Assembly: GCA_943349825.1 (NCBI GenBank)
Contig: CALQZQ010000001.1
Coordinates: 34,157 to 98,156, forward strand
Reading direction: 5' to 3'
Length of the DNA: 64,000 nt
From: Candidatus Peribacteria bacterium
GTDB taxonomy: Bacteria; Patescibacteriota; Gracilibacteria; UBA1369; 2-02-FULL-48-14
Below are positions 9,868 through 19,780 of the stretch, piece after piece. Both the position numbers and the translations under genes were made by a program. The stretch's first letter is position 1; each line of letters begins with the position of its first letter. Under the pieces are notes generated by a model. It did not search any database. It saw nothing but the letters and a program-made list of their open reading frames with translations, and had not been told where the DNA came from.

Positions 9868-12800
9868 TTACGAGAAGGGGTCTTCTTGCGGAAGTATAGT
9901 CCTACTGCGGCAAGACTGGATAGCACTGCGATACTGCCGAGGACAAGAGTCCAAGGAGAGGTTCCACTGGTTTGTCCGCTCACGAAGGCTTCGTTGGTGA
10001 CGTTGAAGGAAACTTGAGTGGGGTTGCTGGTCTTGTTCGTAGTGGGATCGATGGCGTACCAAGTGACCGTGTGAGGACCTACTTCAAGGTCTTCTGCCGG
10101 TTCGGCGTAAAGGATTTGATCGTCTGCATCAGCGATGAGTATTTGGCTGTAGACCGTGCTTCTGAAGGATACGAGCACAATATAACCTTTTTCAGTAGTC
10201 AGGTCGATGGCGGGGGTGGCATCTGTAACGTTACCCGTCTTGAAGGCAAGACTGATGTACTCGGGACGTTTTGTGCCTTCCCACACGCTTACTGTGTAAG
10301 GTTCCGTGATGTCTTCCATATTCTCTTCGGTTCCTTGAATTCCTACGAGGGTATGAGTTCCTGGTTCGAGAGCCACATCGGTATAGATGCTGATGAGCCC
10401 TGTGCCGTCTGAGACAGTGGCACCGAGCAAAGTGAGGGTTCCGTCCTCGCTCACTTCGTAGAGTCCTACGTCGGAATTTGGAGTGGTGCTGCCTAGCACG
10501 AAGATTTCTCCTTGGCTTTGTTCATCTGGCACATTGAGCGTGAAGCCGCTACCCGCAGAACCGCCGTTGTTGGGGTCGGAATCTCTGTAAATGACTTCTT
10601 CACCGTCGGATACTCCGTCGGCGTCGGAGTCGTCGTCTGCAGGGTCAGTACCAATGGCGAGTTCATACTCATCAGGAAGCGTGTCTCCATCGTAGTCGGA
10701 GCTTCCAGGAGCTAGGGCGATTTGTTTTTCTTCCATCCAGTTGGTGAGAGTGATGGAATCTAAGTTGTCCAAAGGATTGTTGTAGACGAGAGGTTCTTTA
10801 TCCAGATTGTCTGGGATCTTATCTCCATCGGTGTCGTATTTTTTGGGATGGAACCCGAGGAATTGGATTTCGTCGAAGTCACTGAGGCCGTCGGCATCGG
10901 TGTCTTTCATTTTAGGGTTGCTGCCCGCTAAGATTTCTTCACTGTTGAGCAGTCCGTCGTTGTCGTCATCTTCACTGAGATCGGCTTCCGTTGCGTCGGC
11001 GCCCAACTTGATTTGGATCAGCTTGATGGGGATGCCTGCTAAGGTTTTGTCGCCGAGGAATTTAGCTTTGAGGAATTTTGCATCGTAGACATCCTTGCGT
11101 GCCGGTTTTGCAGGCATGGTGTCACGAATGCTCACCGGCTTTATTGCGATAGGCTGAATGTACTTTGTGATTCCACTGTAGAAGTTTTTCACTTTGGGAG
11201 TAGTGATGACTGGTTGGGTTGTGGTTTGCGTTGTTGTCCCGACTGTGGTGTTTGTGGAGGAAGAGTTGGAAGTGGTGGGTTCTACTGTTGTAGTAGGTTC
11301 TACGGTTGTGGGTGCGGGTTCTGTTGTGGGTTCAACAGGGGTGTCTACTGGATCTGCCACTTCAATGTCTCCGGCAATGGCAATGGGGTCTTCACCCAAG
11401 TCGCCGGTGTCGATGGGGTCTTCGGTTGGTGTGCTGGGTTTAGGCGGGGTGATTCCACTGCCGCTGCCGCCCCCTCCTCCGACTGATGGGGTTACTGCTA
11501 CGCCTTCAATGCCAGTGATGGTAGCTGTTGCTGCACTGGAAACATTGGACATGGCGTCCACGAGGGTGACACTGAAGGTATTGGTGCCTAAAATGAGCGC
11601 CACTGTAGTGGAAAAGCTCGTGTCTGCAGCGACGATGTTACTTGTGGCTACCCCGTTTACATAGACCGTGGCACCGACTTCTCCTACGCCGTAAATGGCG
11701 GTGGTGCTTCCCGCAATCCCTGAACTAGCGTAGTTGATGCTGGTTGGAGTGGCTGGCGCCGTAGTGTCCACAGGAATATTGGTGAAGGCAGTCGATCCAG
11801 AAGTACTTCCTCCGGCTGATGTGGAAAATGCAGTGATTTGAGTTCCTCCTGTGTCGGTGACACTGGTGGAGAAGTTTCCATTGCCGTCGGCGACGACGGT
11901 GGCCTTCAGTTGGCCGCCTGGGCCGCCGGGTGAGTTTAGAACGTAGATGTGTACAGTACTGTTGGCTGGGGCGGTTCCGCCAACGTTGAAGCTGTTGGGA
12001 TTACTTCTCAAAATAGACGTGAAAGTGGGGCTTGCCCAATTTTCATTGGAAGCCCCCTGCCTTTGAGCATAACCGTTCCCTCCTCCCACTGCGTAAAAGT
12101 TGTTATTGAAAGTGTTGAAGTTTCCTCCGTTGGAGATGATCCCATATTGTCCGCCGGCGATGTTGATTCCATTGCCTTGAACCAGGTTACTGGCAGCCGT
12201 ACCTTGGAATTGTATGGCATTGTTGACGTTGATGAGATTTGGGACGAATTGGAAGTCTTTGTTGTAACCGAAATAGCCGCTCAAAATTTGATTTGAGTTC
12301 GAGTCGACTCGAAGTCCAAAACCACCGTTGGCATCGATGATATTGCGGCAGGTTGTGCACCCGATAGCCCCCAATATATTACTGTCTCCACTTTGTAGGT
12401 AGACTCCACCAAGCGCGTTGTTTAAAGGGGTATAACCGTCTGAAGCCAGTCCAATGTTGCTTCCACCTATGTTTGTGACGGTAGCTCCATTGATGAGGAT
12501 GCCGTAGCCCCCGTTGCCAGAACTGACATTTCCTCCCGTAGCGCCCCCGATGACAACGCCTGAAATGGTGCCCCCTTGGAGTAAGATCCCCGCGGGACCC
12601 GCGTTGGGAATGGCTTGTGGCCCAGTGGCAGCTTGACCGATCCAGTTGCTTTGAATCGTTCCCGCCGTGATATTTCCGAATCCTCCGCTGGCGTCTACCT
12701 GAATTCCCGAACCACTATTTCCGGAAATCACGTTCCCTTCAGCGGCGGTGGGTCCGCCTATTAAAAATCCTGTAGCTTCTGCTTTGATCCCTGCTTGACC

Positions 12801-13730
12801 ATTGGGTTTGGCTGAAGCGCCGTTCTGGTCTGTACCTATGAAATTTCCTTTCACCGTTACTCCGGTTGCGCGGATGTCGATTCCTTGTAGGGTGTTTTGG
12901 CTGATGATGTTACGTTCCCCTGCGGTAGTTCCACCAATCACAACGTTGGTGCCTGTTTGTACAAAAATACCACGGCCACCGTTTCCGGCAGGGGCACCGT
13001 TTTTATCCAGACCGATGTAATTTCCTTTAATGGTAATACCATTGCCCCCTCCGGAGGTGTTGATTCCATGGTTGGTGCTGCTTTGGATCACGTTACGTTC
13101 TGCGACAGTGGTTCCTCCCACTAAAATATTTGTTCCGTTGGTGATTTGGATTCCTACGCCGTTTCCTCCGGCTGCTCCGATGATAGTGTTTTTAATGGTC
13201 ACGCCCGTACTTCCATTCAGCAAAATTCCGTTTCCAGCACAGCTGTTTATATTGACGCCGCCTTGTGCTGCGGTGCTGCCGATGGTAGTATTGGTGGCAC
13301 CCGCTCCTACTTGGATACAATTGCCTGGCTGTTGAATGGTGAGGCCCATGATGAGAGTACCGTCTCCACCGGTGATATTGAGACCGTTCGCGCGGCCTGG
13401 GCCTGCAACGACGAAGGTGGGGTTTTGGGAACTTCCATCGATAGTGACTCCTTCTGTGATGTTGGGTAAATCGGATGCTAGGTTGAGTGTGCCGGTGAAG
13501 CTGAAGTTGATGATGTCACTTCCTCCCACGTTGGCACTGGCGTTGGCATCCGTGATCGCTTGGCGCAGGGAACCTGCTCCGGCGTCGTTGATGTTGCTCA
13601 CCGTGAAGGTGGCTACGGCCGAAGCGCGTGGAGCGTTGGCTAGAAAAACCCCCGGCGCCGTCGCCACGAAGGTGAAGACGAGCGTCAATAGTCCGCTGAG
13701 GGACTTTTGAATAGTGGGGACTTTTGCCAT
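9864..13730 (-). CDS. Large surface adhesin-like protein (beta-helix, Ig-like, Pro/Thr linker, Ca-binding DxDxDG repeats, C-terminal TM anchor)
   Basis: Signal peptide; GAGSLRQAITDANA; repeated IKGNYIG/ERNVIS parallel beta-helix units; DTDADGLSD repeats; C-terminal TM plus RKK. Confidence 0.8.
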   Translation of the reverse strand: MAKVPTIQKSLSGLLTLVFTFVATAPGVFLANAPRASAVATFTVSNINDAGAGSLRQAITDANASANVGGSDIINFSFTGTLNLASDLPNITEGVTIDGSSQNPTFVVAGPGRANGLNITGGDGTLIMGLTIQQPGNCIQVGAGATNTTIGSTAAQGGVNINSCAGNGILLNGSTGVTIKNTIIGAAGGNGVGIQITNGTNILVGGTTVAERNVIQSSTNHGINTSGGGNGITIKGNYIGLDKNGAPAGNGGRGIFVQTGTNVVIGGTTAGERNIISQNTLQGIDIRATGVTVKGNFIGTDQNGASAKPNGQAGIKAEATGFLIGGPTAAEGNVISGNSGSGIQVDASGGFGNITAGTIQSNWIGQAATGPQAIPNAGPAGILLQGGTISGVVIGGATGGNVSSGNGGYGILINGATVTNIGGSNIGLASDGYTPLNNALGGVYLQSGDSNILGAIGCTTCRNIIDANGGFGLRVDSNSNQILSGYFGYNKDFQFVPNLINVNNAIQFQGTAASNLVQGNGINIAGGQYGIISNGGNFNTFNNNFYAVGGGNGYAQRQGASNENWASPTFTSILRSNPNSFNVGGTAPANSTVHIYVLNSPGGPGGQLKATVVADGNGNFSTSVTDTGGTQITAFSTSAGGSTSGSTAFTNIPVDTTAPATPTSINYASSGIAGSTTAIYGVGEVGATVYVNGVATSNIVAADTSFSTTVALILGTNTFSVTLVDAMSNVSSAATATITGIEGVAVTPSVGGGGGSGSGITPPKPSTPTEDPIDTGDLGEDPIAIAGDIEVADPVDTPVEPTTEPAPTTVEPTTTVEPTTSNSSSTNTTVGTTTQTTTQPVITTPKVKNFYSGITKYIQPIAIKPVSIRDTMPAKPARKDVYDAKFLKAKFLGDKTLAGIPIKLIQIKLGADATEADLSEDDDNDGLLNSEEILAGSNPKMKDTDADGLSDFDEIQFLGFHPKKYDTDGDKIPDNLDKEPLVYNNPLDNLDSITLTNWMEEKQIALAPGSSDYDGDTLPDEYELAIGTDPADDDSDADGVSDGEEVIYRDSDPNNGGSAGSGFTLNVPDEQSQGEIFVLGSTTPNSDVGLYEVSEDGTLTLLGATVSDGTGLISIYTDVALEPGTHTLVGIQGTEENMEDITEPYTVSVWEGTKRPEYISLAFKTGNVTDATPAIDLTTEKGYIVLVSFRSTVYSQILIADADDQILYAEPAEDLEVGPHTVTWYAIDPTTNKTSNPTQVSFNVTNEAFVSGQTSGTSPWTLVLGSIAVLSSLAAVGLYFRKKTPSRK

Positions 13731-13820
13731 ACGATTTTGGTTTTAAATTTTATAAATCTTTTCATTATAGCAAAAAACCATGCATTCAACAAGTGTCAAA
13801 CCGGGTGTTTCTACTGGTTT

Positions 13821-15599
13821 TCACTTCACCGTGACCGATTTTGCCAAATTTCGTGGCATATCTGGATTGTTTTGGCGCAAAACAGCGAGTTTGTAGGCCA
13901 AAATTTGAATTGGAATGAGATCCATGATGGGTGAGGCATTTCCGGCACTGGGCACTTTGATCCAGATGTCGAAGATTTCGGCGTTGTCCGGGGACACTCC
14001 AATCAGCAGGGCGCCGCGAGCTTTGAGCTCCATGGCGTTGGATAGGATTTCTTGTTTGTATTCGTCGTTCGGCGCGATGATGATGCAAGGGGTGCCTTCG
14101 GAAATCAGGGCGATGGGTCCGTGTTTGAGTTCGCCACCCGCAAAACCTTCCGCGTGAATGTAGGAAACTTCTTGCAGTTTGATGGCGGATTCTAGGGCGA
14201 TGGGGTAGTTCATGTCGCGACCGATGATCATGATGTCTTTGGCACCTTTGATTTGATCCGCCACGCTTTCGATGTGCTCTTCGTAACGAGGGTTCAGCAT
14301 GTCGTTCAGTTTGCCTTCGGCTTCAATCAACATTTGTTTACCTTCTTTCAGGCGATCGGCCACGGCGTAGGCCAGTAGTGTGAGGATGGCGATTTGAGAA
14401 GTGGTGGCTTTGGTGGAGGCGACGGCCTTTTCGGGGCCGGCTTTGAGGGGGATCACCAGGTCGGAAAGACGAGCCATGGTGGAGGTTTCCACATTCACAA
14501 TGGAAAGGATTTTGGTGCCTTTGGTTTTGGCAATTTCTATCGCTTCCAGCGTGTCTGCGGTTTCACCGGATTGGGAGATGGCGATCATCAGGGAACGGTC
14601 CGTGAGAAAGTGGCGTGCGCTCTTGAACTCGGAACCAAACTTCACGTTCACGTGTTTTTTGGCGACATTGGCAAAGAGGTATTCGCCGACCATCGCGACT
14701 TTTCCGGCAGTGCCGCAGCCCACCAGCGTGGTGCCGTAGGCTTTTTTGATCATCTCAGCGGCTTTGAGGATCAGCTCCGTGTCGGAGTTGATGGCACGGG
14801 CCAAACTTTCTTTTTGTTCCATGATTTCTTTGAGCATGAAGTGGGCGTAGCTGCCTTTTTGAGCTTCTTCTTCTTTCCAGTCGATGGTGATGAGGCGTTT
14901 TTCTAGGGATTGGTCGGTTTCCATGTCGTAGAAGCGGGCCGTCTTGTCAGCGAGGATCACCATCTGATTGTCGTCGAGGTACATGATGTCCTTGGTGTAT
15001 TCCAGGAAGGCGGGCACGTCGGAGGCGATGAAGAGGGCTCCGTCTTTGGCTTTGCCCACGATCAACGGCGAGCCGCGGCGAGCCGCAATGAGAGTCTTTT
15101 CGCCTTTGTGCATGGCCAGCACTCCGAAACGTCCGTGCACTTTTTTGCAAGCACGACGGAAAGCGACTTCAAAACCTTCTTCCATTTCTTCCTCAATCAA
15201 ATGGGCGAAAATCTCGGTGTCGGTTTCGGAGCGGAACTGGTGGCCTTTTTTAATGAGATCTCCTTTCAACTCGAGGTAATTTTCAAAAATACCGTTGTGA
15301 ACCACCACAATGTCTTGGTTCTCTGTGGTGTGAGGATGGGCGTTGTACTCTGTGACGCCACCGTGCGTGGCCCAACGCGAATGACCCATGGCCAAATGCG
15401 CGGGCTCGGTGAGCTCTTTCCCTAAAGTGACGACTTCAGAAATTTTTCCCACGTGCTTTTCAATCACGATCTCTCCGTTTTCTTGTTCGGCAGCAATGCC
15501 CCAAGAATCATAGCCGCGGTACTCGAGTTTCTTGAGCCCCTTGAGCACAATTTCCGCCGCTTTTTCCGATGGCCCGAGATAGGCAAAGATACCGCACAT
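13821..15599 (-). CDS. glmS: Glutamine-fructose-6-phosphate aminotransferase
   Basis: MCGI start, LEYRGYDS, GHSRWATHG, SQSGETAD, PRNLAKSVTVK. Confidence 0.97.
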   Translation of the reverse strand: MCGIFAYLGPSEKAAEIVLKGLKKLEYRGYDSWGIAAEQENGEIVIEKHVGKISEVVTLGKELTEPAHLAMGHSRWATHGGVTEYNAHPHTTENQDIVVVHNGIFENYLELKGDLIKKGHQFRSETDTEIFAHLIEEEMEEGFEVAFRRACKKVHGRFGVLAMHKGEKTLIAARRGSPLIVGKAKDGALFIASDVPAFLEYTKDIMYLDDNQMVILADKTARFYDMETDQSLEKRLITIDWKEEEAQKGSYAHFMLKEIMEQKESLARAINSDTELILKAAEMIKKAYGTTLVGCGTAGKVAMVGEYLFANVAKKHVNVKFGSEFKSARHFLTDRSLMIAISQSGETADTLEAIEIAKTKGTKILSIVNVETSTMARLSDLVIPLKAGPEKAVASTKATTSQIAILTLLAYAVADRLKEGKQMLIEAEGKLNDMLNPRYEEHIESVADQIKGAKDIMIIGRDMNYPIALESAIKLQEVSYIHAEGFAGGELKHGPIALISEGTPCIIIAPNDEYKQEILSNAMELKARGALLIGVSPDNAEIFDIWIKVPSAGNASPIMDLIPIQILAYKLAVLRQNNPDMPRNLAKSVTVK

Positions 15600-15623
15600 A
15601 AACTATTGAGTAACAATGTGGGT

Positions 15624-15652
15624 ATTTTACTCGTTCCCACCGGTGCAGGCAA
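15624..15652 (-). promoter_or_regulatory. Sigma70 promoter of glmS
   Basis: TTGCCT-17 bp-TAAAAT on the minus strand, -10 box about 24 nt before the ATG. Confidence 0.65.
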
Positions 15653-15717
15653 CTGTGCTAAATTTCCTTTACTGCAAGCCAAAAACTTGTTACTTTTTCA
15701 CCGCTTAACGGATTGCT

Positions 15718-17329
15718 ATGTTGTACAATGAGGAGCAGGTGCCACCTGAGGGTGATTTGAATCGTTTGTCCTGGGGGGATGGTCCTCAAATGGATTCTTT
15801 AGGTGCTGCTGTGGTGGCGCATCGAGCCTTTCGAGTGAAGACACGAGAAGAACTGGCGAGAGTGCTTGAAGCTGCAAGAGAAAAAAGAGTTTTAGTGAGG
15901 CCTGCTGGAGCTTTAACTTCTTCTAAGGCTTTTGTGGCCCCGCCCGCTGGTTTTATGGCTGAGCATAAAAAAGAGGGAGTTTGGCTCGTTGGCTTTGATC
16001 CATCGGGTGAATTTGGAGAAATTCATGTCGATTTTGCACGAGAAGAGGTGAGTGTGGGCGCCGCGGTTTCACTCCAGCAGATGGATGATGCGGTTTCTGA
16101 AAGAACCCGTATACAGAATGGTTCCAATAGGCCTCGGTTAGCCAACCGTATGAAGATCACTACCATGGATGCATTGGCTGTCGCTACTGCTTTGGGCAGT
16201 GGTGGGGTTTCTGATGCGGGGCATTCTTCCGTTACTGACATGACTGGGTCTACCTGGATGGATGGACGTGGCATTGTTCACAGGGAAAATTATGACCCGG
16301 GAAATTATTTTGATCTAGCCAGCTCCAGTTTTGCTCGAGTTGACCACAGAAAAGTGGGGCGTGATATGAGCGGACGTGGTGGGCCTTTTGGCATTGGCTT
16401 AACGAGTCGATTTAAACTCGTAGAAGCGCCTGTTTCGGTGAACGCTTCGGTTTACCCTTTTTTCGGGTCACCTCAAGATGTTCGTGAGCAATTGGCTCGT
16501 TTCATTGTGGATATGAATAGAAAGGCAGTTCAGCTGGAAGCGGAACAGTCTTCTCTTCAAATTGCTTCCATGGAACTCATGGATATTCATGCGATGAATG
16601 TAGCTTGAGGGTACGGGATCACGGCCTTTCACTTTTGTAGGTCAAGAGCCTGCCCTTGTCGTGATTGTGGAATTTGCGCAGTATGATTTTTTTGATGAGG
16701 ACAGTGAGCCATGGGGCTCAGATGATGCTGCAGTCAATGCTATGGGAAAGGAACTTGTCCCGTTTCCGTTTGAGGAGTCTTTGGTGGTAGTGCCGGCGGG
16801 TCAGCGTCAACGAGATATGACTACTTTTAGGTTGCAAGGGCCGGAGCATATGCGATCCATCCTCAAAGCTCGAAAAAGGACGGTTCCTCTGGTGGGCTCC
16901 GACTCTACCGACTGGGCTGTGGATCCTCTCAATGAAGAATTGGTCCGATGGTATTTGGGCGAGTTTTATTCTCTTCACGATCGTGTCCAGCAAGATACTC
17001 ATGGCCAAGCTCTTTATGGTCACTTGCTTCGAAGGCTTGATCTTCACCACCGTGTGATCGTTGACGATCCTCTGGCTTTGAAAAAACATTTGGCACGTTC
17101 TACTGAACTGGGTCATAAAGTGGCTGCCCGTCAAAAAATGGGAGAGGCGGTTAGAGTAAGAGGAGAGAAAGTGGAGCTTCCTTTTGGCAGAGATTTGGAG
17201 ACCATTGGAAAACTTAGAGAAGGAGCACATCGGGATTCGAATGTGCGTTTGTTGCGGCGGGTGGATCCCAGCGGTTTGTTCAAAGACCGTGCCCCTGAAC
17301 GTTGGGGTGGCAAGTACGATTATAAGTAG
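15718..17329 (+). pseudogene. Divergent FAD-binding oxidase (GlcD/D-lactate dehydrogenase-like), split by a frameshift near 16603-16608
   Basis: N-half has VRPAGALTS and VSVGAAVSL (FAD-binding PCMH-like); C-half has YGHL..LDLHH and VDPSGLF; the second frame is open from 16604. Confidence 0.55.
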
Positions 17330-17332
17330 ACG

Positions 17333-18328
17333 TTACTTCTCCATCCTCATAAAATTCTCGTAGCCTTTCTCTGTGACGAGGCCGCAGTCTTCGATGCGGA
17401 CGCCGAAGCGGCCTTCCAGGTAGATGCCGGGTTCCACGGTCACGACCATGCCGGCTTTTAGAGTGTCTTTGCTGCGGCTGGAGAGGTTGGGAGCTTCGTG
17501 CACGTCCAGGCCCACGCCGTGGCCGAGGGAATGGCCGAAGAATTCGGCGTCGCTGCCCATGGACTTGCGGGCGATTTCGTCGAGTTTTTTGCAGGCGATC
17601 CCGGGTTTGATGGCGTCTATGGCTAGAGTTTGCGCGCGCAAGACTTTGTCGTAAACGTTTACTTGTTCGGCGCTGGGCTTTTTGGGGAGGAAAGTGCGGG
17701 TCATGTCGCTGCAGTAGCCATCGAATTTCATGCCCATGTCTATGAGCACCAGCTCGTTGGCTTTCAGTTTGGTGGCCGTGTTTTGATGGTGGGGAATGGC
17801 GCTGTGTGGCCCAAAGCCCACAATGGGTTCAAAGGAAATGTCTTCGGCGCCCAGCTCATGGCCGACGACTTTGATCTGCCAGGCCAGCTCCAATTCAGTG
17901 ACTCCAGGCTTGAATAACTTTTGTATTCGCTTCAGCGTTTCTTCGTTGATCTGCTGCGATTTTTTGAGCTTTTTTATTTCGTCCGGAGTTTTGAGCAGAC
18001 GCTGGTCTTCGATGGTATTTTTGTTTGCGATGAACTTGCTTTTGGGCAGTCGTTTCTTCCATGCAGCCAGTTCATCGATGGTCACATGGGCGGATTCGTA
18101 TTCCACGGTTTGAGCTCCTGTGAGGGTGAGCAGTTTTTTCCAGCCGGCTTCGTCGAGTTCCACAAAGGTGAATGGGATTCGTGTGGGGCTTTTTTCCAGG
18201 GCCTGAGCCACTCCACGGTAGCGAAAATCCGTGAAGAAGTAGTTCTTGGCACCGAGCAACATGAAGCCGCTGGTCCCGGTGAAACCGATGAGGTAACGGA
18301 GGTTTTGAAGATGAGTGATGAGGCGCAT
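17333..18328 (-). CDS. Xaa-Pro aminopeptidase (M24)
   Basis: TDFRY, PHH, DMG..YCSDMTRT, HSLGHGVGLDVHE, TVEPGIY, GVRIED. Confidence 0.92.
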   Translation of the reverse strand: MRLITHLQNLRYLIGFTGTSGFMLLGAKNYFFTDFRYRGVAQALEKSPTRIPFTFVELDEAGWKKLLTLTGAQTVEYESAHVTIDELAAWKKRLPKSKFIANKNTIEDQRLLKTPDEIKKLKKSQQINEETLKRIQKLFKPGVTELELAWQIKVVGHELGAEDISFEPIVGFGPHSAIPHHQNTATKLKANELVLIDMGMKFDGYCSDMTRTFLPKKPSAEQVNVYDKVLRAQTLAIDAIKPGIACKKLDEIARKSMGSDAEFFGHSLGHGVGLDVHEAPNLSSRSKDTLKAGMVVTVEPGIYLEGRFGVRIEDCGLVTEKGYENFMRMEK

Positions 18329-18408
18329 GGATTTATCTTATGGTCTGGAGGTTTGGATCGCAAGTGGATTGACCTTGAGCTTTGATTTCCTTTAAAATGG
18401 CGACTTCT

Positions 18409-19206
18409 ATGGGCTTAGACACTTTAAGAACGGCTTTGCGCGATGTGGAGGAGAATGTTCCTTACAATAATTTCCGCCCGCTTTTTGATTTAATGGATAA
18501 AGATTTTCCAGATTCTTTGGGTGGCGATTGTTATCTTCAGGCGCGTCATGTTGCGGGACGTCTGGGAGAGGATTTTAAAGTCGAGTTCATGCGAGAAATA
18601 GAGGGCAATCATGTAGTGGTTTTTGCCAAGCATCGTCCTACTCAGCAGCGTTTTGTCGTTGATCCTTTGATGTTGATTGGAGAACCCATCCCTATGGGTC
18701 ATGTGCTTCGTAGGGATGCTGAACCTTTGACGTTTCCTTTGGGAGGTCCTGATCGTGCTGGCCATACTCGGGCTCGTGTAGAGTATGGGAATCGTGGCCC
18801 GCATCATTTTGCGGCTACGCTTTATAACAATCGTTTTGATCCGGATGATTATGTGGAGTATTTGTATGATTCTCGGCAGAGAACTTTGGATGTGCCCAGT
18901 TGGACTTCAGAGCTTCTGGTGAAGTCTATGACAAAAGAAGAGAAATTTGTTTTGAGATTTGCACTCCCTGATCGAGGAGTGGTGGTTTTTCGTTACGATA
19001 TACCTGAACGTGTTTTTCATTGCACTCACCATACGAATATCGGAGTCTATAGACTTTATTCTGAACGAACCAATGAGGCCTCTTTGGAAAAATTTGGTGA
19101 TCTTGTTCTTGAACGTTTGGGAACGACCACTAAAAAGTTCAGACGTTTGTTGGTAGATGCTTGCCGCATTCGAGAACAAGTTAAGCCCTCTGCAAAAAGA
19201 CTCTGA
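18409..19206 (+). CDS. Hypothetical protein with an arylamine N-acetyltransferase/transglutaminase-like Cys-His-Asp triad
   Basis: GGDCY...NHVVV...FVVDP; own promoter TTGACC..TAAAAT (18369-18398); start 18397 or 18409. Confidence 0.5.
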   Translation: MGLDTLRTALRDVEENVPYNNFRPLFDLMDKDFPDSLGGDCYLQARHVAGRLGEDFKVEFMREIEGNHVVVFAKHRPTQQRFVVDPLMLIGEPIPMGHVLRRDAEPLTFPLGGPDRAGHTRARVEYGNRGPHHFAATLYNNRFDPDDYVEYLYDSRQRTLDVPSWTSELLVKSMTKEEKFVLRFALPDRGVVVFRYDIPERVFHCTHHTNIGVYRLYSERTNEASLEKFGDLVLERLGTTTKKFRRLLVDACRIREQVKPSAKRL

Positions 19207-19744
19207 TTCGTTCCTCGGTGGTGAGTTCTTCGTTGAGTTCGCCGAAGACTTTTTGTATATGGTGGCGTTTGTAGCCCAGGGATTCCAGGGCGGCGACGGC
19301 GTCTTCGTCCAAGTTTCCTAGGGAGGATTTTACAGCTTGAGTGCTGATATCGCCCGGCACGACTTTGCCTTTGAGTTCCAGTACCAGTCTTTCTGCCAAT
19401 TTTTTACCGACTCCAGAAATTTTGGTGAGTGCGGGAAGATTGCCCGAAAGGATGGCGTTTTGGATCACGGCTGCGGGTTCGTTCATGATTTCCATTGCCA
19501 TTTTGGGACCGATGCCGTTCACGGTGATGAGCAGCTCAAAAAAAGCGAGGTCTTCTTTGCTGGCGAAACCGTAGAGAGCCAGCGTGTCCTCGCGCACGTG
19601 CGTGTGGATCCAAAGGGAAAGGTCTTGCTCGGGTAGGGCGGTCAGCGTTTCGGGAGTGGTCACCAAGTAACCGACGCCGTTTGTTTGTAAAACGATGGAG
19701 CGCGCGTCTTTATCGATGACTTGGCCGGAAAGGAAACGGATCAT
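19181..19744 (-). CDS. ruvA: Holliday junction branch migration protein RuvA
   Basis: GVGY, HTHVRED..LYGF, VNGIGPKMA, GVGKKLAERLVLELK, ALESLGY. Confidence 0.95.
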   Translation of the reverse strand: MIRFLSGQVIDKDARSIVLQTNGVGYLVTTPETLTALPEQDLSLWIHTHVREDTLALYGFASKEDLAFFELLITVNGIGPKMAMEIMNEPAAVIQNAILSGNLPALTKISGVGKKLAERLVLELKGKVVPGDISTQAVKSSLGNLDEDAVAALESLGYKRHHIQKVFGELNEELTTEERIRVFLQRA

Positions 19745-19780
19745 GTGGCCAGTTTACGAGAATCTGTGCGTGCGCACAAC

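Noticed and set aside
15608-15660. Apparent pseudoknot (GTGGG/CCCAC, GAGTAA/TTACTC) with faint glmS-ribozyme resemblance upstream of glmS
   Set aside because: The same bases form a TTGCCT-17-TAAAAT promoter, so most would not be transcribed; the AGCGCC..GACGAGG ribozyme core is absent
16600-16661. TGA as a sense codon (genetic code 25)
   Set aside because: The downstream half is in a different frame; TGA ends many genes (ATGA overlaps) and does not interrupt conserved genes
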